From NCBI GenBank assembly GCA_965237525.1, contig CBDEFO010000006.1, positions 413,434 to 477,433 on the forward strand: a DNA stretch of 64,000 nucleotides, given 5' to 3'. A program made the position numbers and the translations under genes. The DNA comes from Candidatus Latescibacterota bacterium. Its GTDB lineage: Bacteria; Latescibacterota; CBDEFO01. This document shows, piece after piece, positions 61,302 through 64,000 of the stretch (position 1 is the first letter of the stretch; each line of letters begins with the position of its first letter). The notes beneath the pieces were generated by a model. That model saw nothing but the letters and a program-made list of their open reading frames with translations. It was not told the origin of the DNA and ran no database searches.

Positions 61302-63457
61302 CTACTTTATTTGCCTTACCATAAGATCGTGCATATTCAAGTGCGGAACGGACAAGTCCAAAAATGCCTGGAGAAGCTGGGAAGGCGCAAGATCTGATGT
61401 GTCGATAGAAATGTTGTGCCGAATCCAGGAGGCTTTAACTTCCTGGCTGGAGCGATCGAGCAACATTTCTATGTCCGCACTTTTTATGATCGTATATTTA
61501 TGCGGATTTTCCTCCAGTCGCTTTAAAAGCCTTGTGAAATAGTTATGTCCCAGGCAGCGTCTGAAGCGCCGATTATGGGTCAAAGAGTAGCATATCGTAT
61601 CGTTTTGCTGTGGAATAAGCAAAATAGTCTTATCAGAGTTCTGGTCAGCAAGGAACAGGAGCTGTTTGAAGAACAGGGTGCACTGTCTTTGACAGACAGG
61701 GCACACATAGACGCTTTCCCCCTTCTTATGAAAGATACAAGCCTCTTGAGATTCTGTACTGTTGCAACAAGATTCAACTGTTCATTCAGTGAGGCTGGTC
61801 CTCTATAACGGGCTCGTCCCATACCGTGTTGTTGCCTGGCTTCAGCAAAGATATGTTCACTGCGTTTACGGAGTCTCCGGGAGAGTTTGTAGTCAGCTGT
61901 TAATGAGATAGACCGTGCATGATTTCTGGCTTTCGCCTCTCGCACTTTTCTATCCCGTTCGGCCTGAATATGTGCTGGATTTGTCTTGTTTTTCCATGTA
62001 GGAATCGGTTCAATCTTCTCATCGGCTCGCAGAGGAATATGGGGTATGATTCCCCGGTCAAGTACATCAGCGATAAAATTACCAGAACCGTAACCGGTAT
62101 CGGCACTAAGTGTCTGAATGTCTTTGGGCATGGTGTATGTTTCAAGGTCATCTACCATCTTAAGGGCACTTTCGGGCTCTGCTGTCCCTGTCGCCTGCGT
62201 GCCCTGAGTCTCAAGGATTACTCTGCTTTTTGTGTCGATCAGATCATGGCCCATAAACGAGAGAAAAGCCCCTTTGCCCTTCGATTTGCTGTATAAGCGC
62301 GCGTCGGGGTCTGTAGTCGAACGGTGTGTTTGGTTCGTCCACTTTTCACCATGAAAGTCTTTATCCTGAGGATGCCCGGACCTACCCTTTGTCTTATCAC
62401 CTTCAAAACCGATTCCCTTGAGATAATCATCAAGAGAAACAGGGGGTTCTATCGGCTCAATACTTTTCACTGAAGCATCAGCTTGTATCTGAGTGCCGTC
62501 GACACTAAGGTGTTTACCGCTCACAACACCGACATCTATGCAACACTGGACTACCTGACGCATTATCCGTTCAAACAACCCACTGGATGCCCACTTGTGA
62601 TTGCGAAGCTTGTTGATCGTGCTCCTATCCGGAACCGCATCATCAAATGTCTGATGACAAAACAACCGATATGCCGCATGCATCCCCACTTCCTGACAGA
62701 GCCGATTCTCACTCAAATTATACAGATAGCCAATAAGGATCATTCGAACAACTAATTCAGGATCAATACCGGGTCTGCCATTGTCAGGGCAATAACAATC
62801 TGATACAACGTCTCGTACAAATGAAAAATCAACTGCCTCATCAATCTGACGAAGGATATGATCCTCGGGAACTAAATCCTCCATCTGAAAATAGTGAAAC
62901 ATCGGATTTGTCTGTTCCTGCTTTTGTGGGGTCATTGTTTCCTCCATGTATAATATTATCAATAACATAATATAATACATCGGAACTGCTTTATCAATGC
63001 TTGTTCTATACTACTTTCTGAATCTAAGGGTTTTTCACAAGGCTTTTAATATTACCTTTTTGCTCGCCGTCAAATGCACAAGGATAGTGTCAACGGGCAT
63101 ATGGGCTTCAGGCGTACTGACAAAATGCTTTCGGGTCTGGACACCCCCTACATCCGCATAGTAGTAGAGCGGGCCGTACACCTCCTCCTCAATGTGAAAA
63201 CCGCCTAAAAGGATATGTTCATAGTAGTTTAAAAGGTGGATATGATAAACAATTTGAAATCGCTGGAATCGCTCTTTTAAATTGGGAGTTAGGTTCACCA
63301 TCGCCTCTTGATCTTCTTCTGAAAGGTTTTGGTAATCTGGTATGGAGAAATGATCGTCCAGGTGATGATTGATGCCCTTCTCTTTCCCCCAAGCCATAAG
63401 GCCCTCCAAAAGTGTCGTAACTCCCGTATATTCGCAACCTACCGCAACAACACGCAA
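61302..63457 (-). pseudogene. P-loop kinase-like hypothetical protein split by IS
   Basis: VVAVGCEYTGVTTL; removing the IS joins ..KKVILK to RLEENPHKYTII.. Confidence 0.7.
61527..63045 (-). mobile_element. IS1182-family element, copy 4 (transposase 61580-62980)
   Basis: TSD TTAA. Confidence 0.93.
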
Positions 63458-63636
63458 CTTGCTGCCCTCCTCTCTATAGTAATAAAGCTGTTTTTTCTAT
63501 TTGGACAGATGCTGCAGTTTCTTCTCCGCCTGTTCGTTTCAATCCTTGTTTTAATGGATAGGAGCCCCATCCTTATGCCCGTCACCACAACTATCCTAAA
63601 AGAACGGAGATAAGTCAAGGGAATTGATACTTATCC

Positions 63637-63747
63637 TGCCTACACAGTAGGCACCTCATGCCTGCAACGCAGGCACTCCCGCCTGCAACGTAGGCCCTCC
63701 CGCTGCAACTAGGCCCTCCCGCCAGAGAGTAGGCACTCCCGCCTGCG
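63637..63747. repeat. Tandem ~21-bp hairpin repeat GCCTGCAACG(C/T)AGGC
   Basis: Five degenerate units. Confidence 0.75.
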
Positions 63748-63876
63748 CTACAATATCCACGCCCACCATCTTGCTCCACTCCTCAAGCAGTCTTGCAACC
63801 AGCGGCCCGGGCTTCCCATCTTTGATGGGTATTCCGTTTATCTTTACGACAGGCAGAAGGTAGTAGGGCGTGCTCG
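63740..63876 (-). pseudogene. Class IV aminotransferase C-terminal fragment
   Basis: STPYYLLPVVKINGIPIKDGKPGPLVARLLEEWSKMVGVDIVAQA. Confidence 0.65.
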
Positions 63877-63987
63877 GAAACCTTGTTAATTTCTGATTGA
63901 CATCACTATGAATGTTTGTATCTTTCAGATGTGGAGGTGCTTATCGAATTGTTTTATGCAAGAAATTTCTTGACTTTTAGTAACTAT

Positions 63988-64000
63988 AGGTTGAATATCA
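63988..64000 (+). mobile_element. Left end of a fourth copy of the 1303-bp IS (window edge)
   Basis: AGGTTGAATATCA identical to the left IR. Confidence 0.7.

Noticed and set aside
63637..63747. CRISPR array
   Set aside because: Degenerate ~21-bp tandem units without unique spacers; no cas genes.

Overview
This 64-kb window is bacterial chromosome. The dockerin/EF-hand-like surface protein is of a type I associate with the FCB/Latescibacterota group, but that assignment is tentative. 1-27.3 kb is mostly housekeeping and metabolic: AKR, SDRs, tandem-domain PTPS/QueD, an ABC permease, DUF763, the NAD-salvage genes pncA-pncB with a SerK/SbnI-like gene, cca, tmRNA and rel. This part also holds TA/integrase relics and a highly structured, unannotated ~550-nt intergenic segment next to cca and ssrA. 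28.1-53.1 kb is a podovirus-type virion gene set: terS, terL, portal, scaffold, decoration, major capsid, adaptor, nozzle, amidase, holin-like, P4/D5-type primase-helicase with a candidate ori, and an xis-like HTH. It has no integrase, repressor or ejection-protein genes in view and is split into two modules by a 6.6-kb cargo block. Both modules start with a near-duplicated promoter motif. Host REP-like repeats sit between many of the phage genes and in frame inside some of them. Portal and major capsid each carry one in-frame TAG. The best reading is a long-resident, domesticated or decaying prophage, possibly GTA-like. Two young IS families are spreading: 4 copies of a 1519-bp IS1182-type element, and 3 full plus 1 edge copy of a 1303-bp rve/DDE element. 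One IS1182 copy is nested inside a 1303-bp copy.
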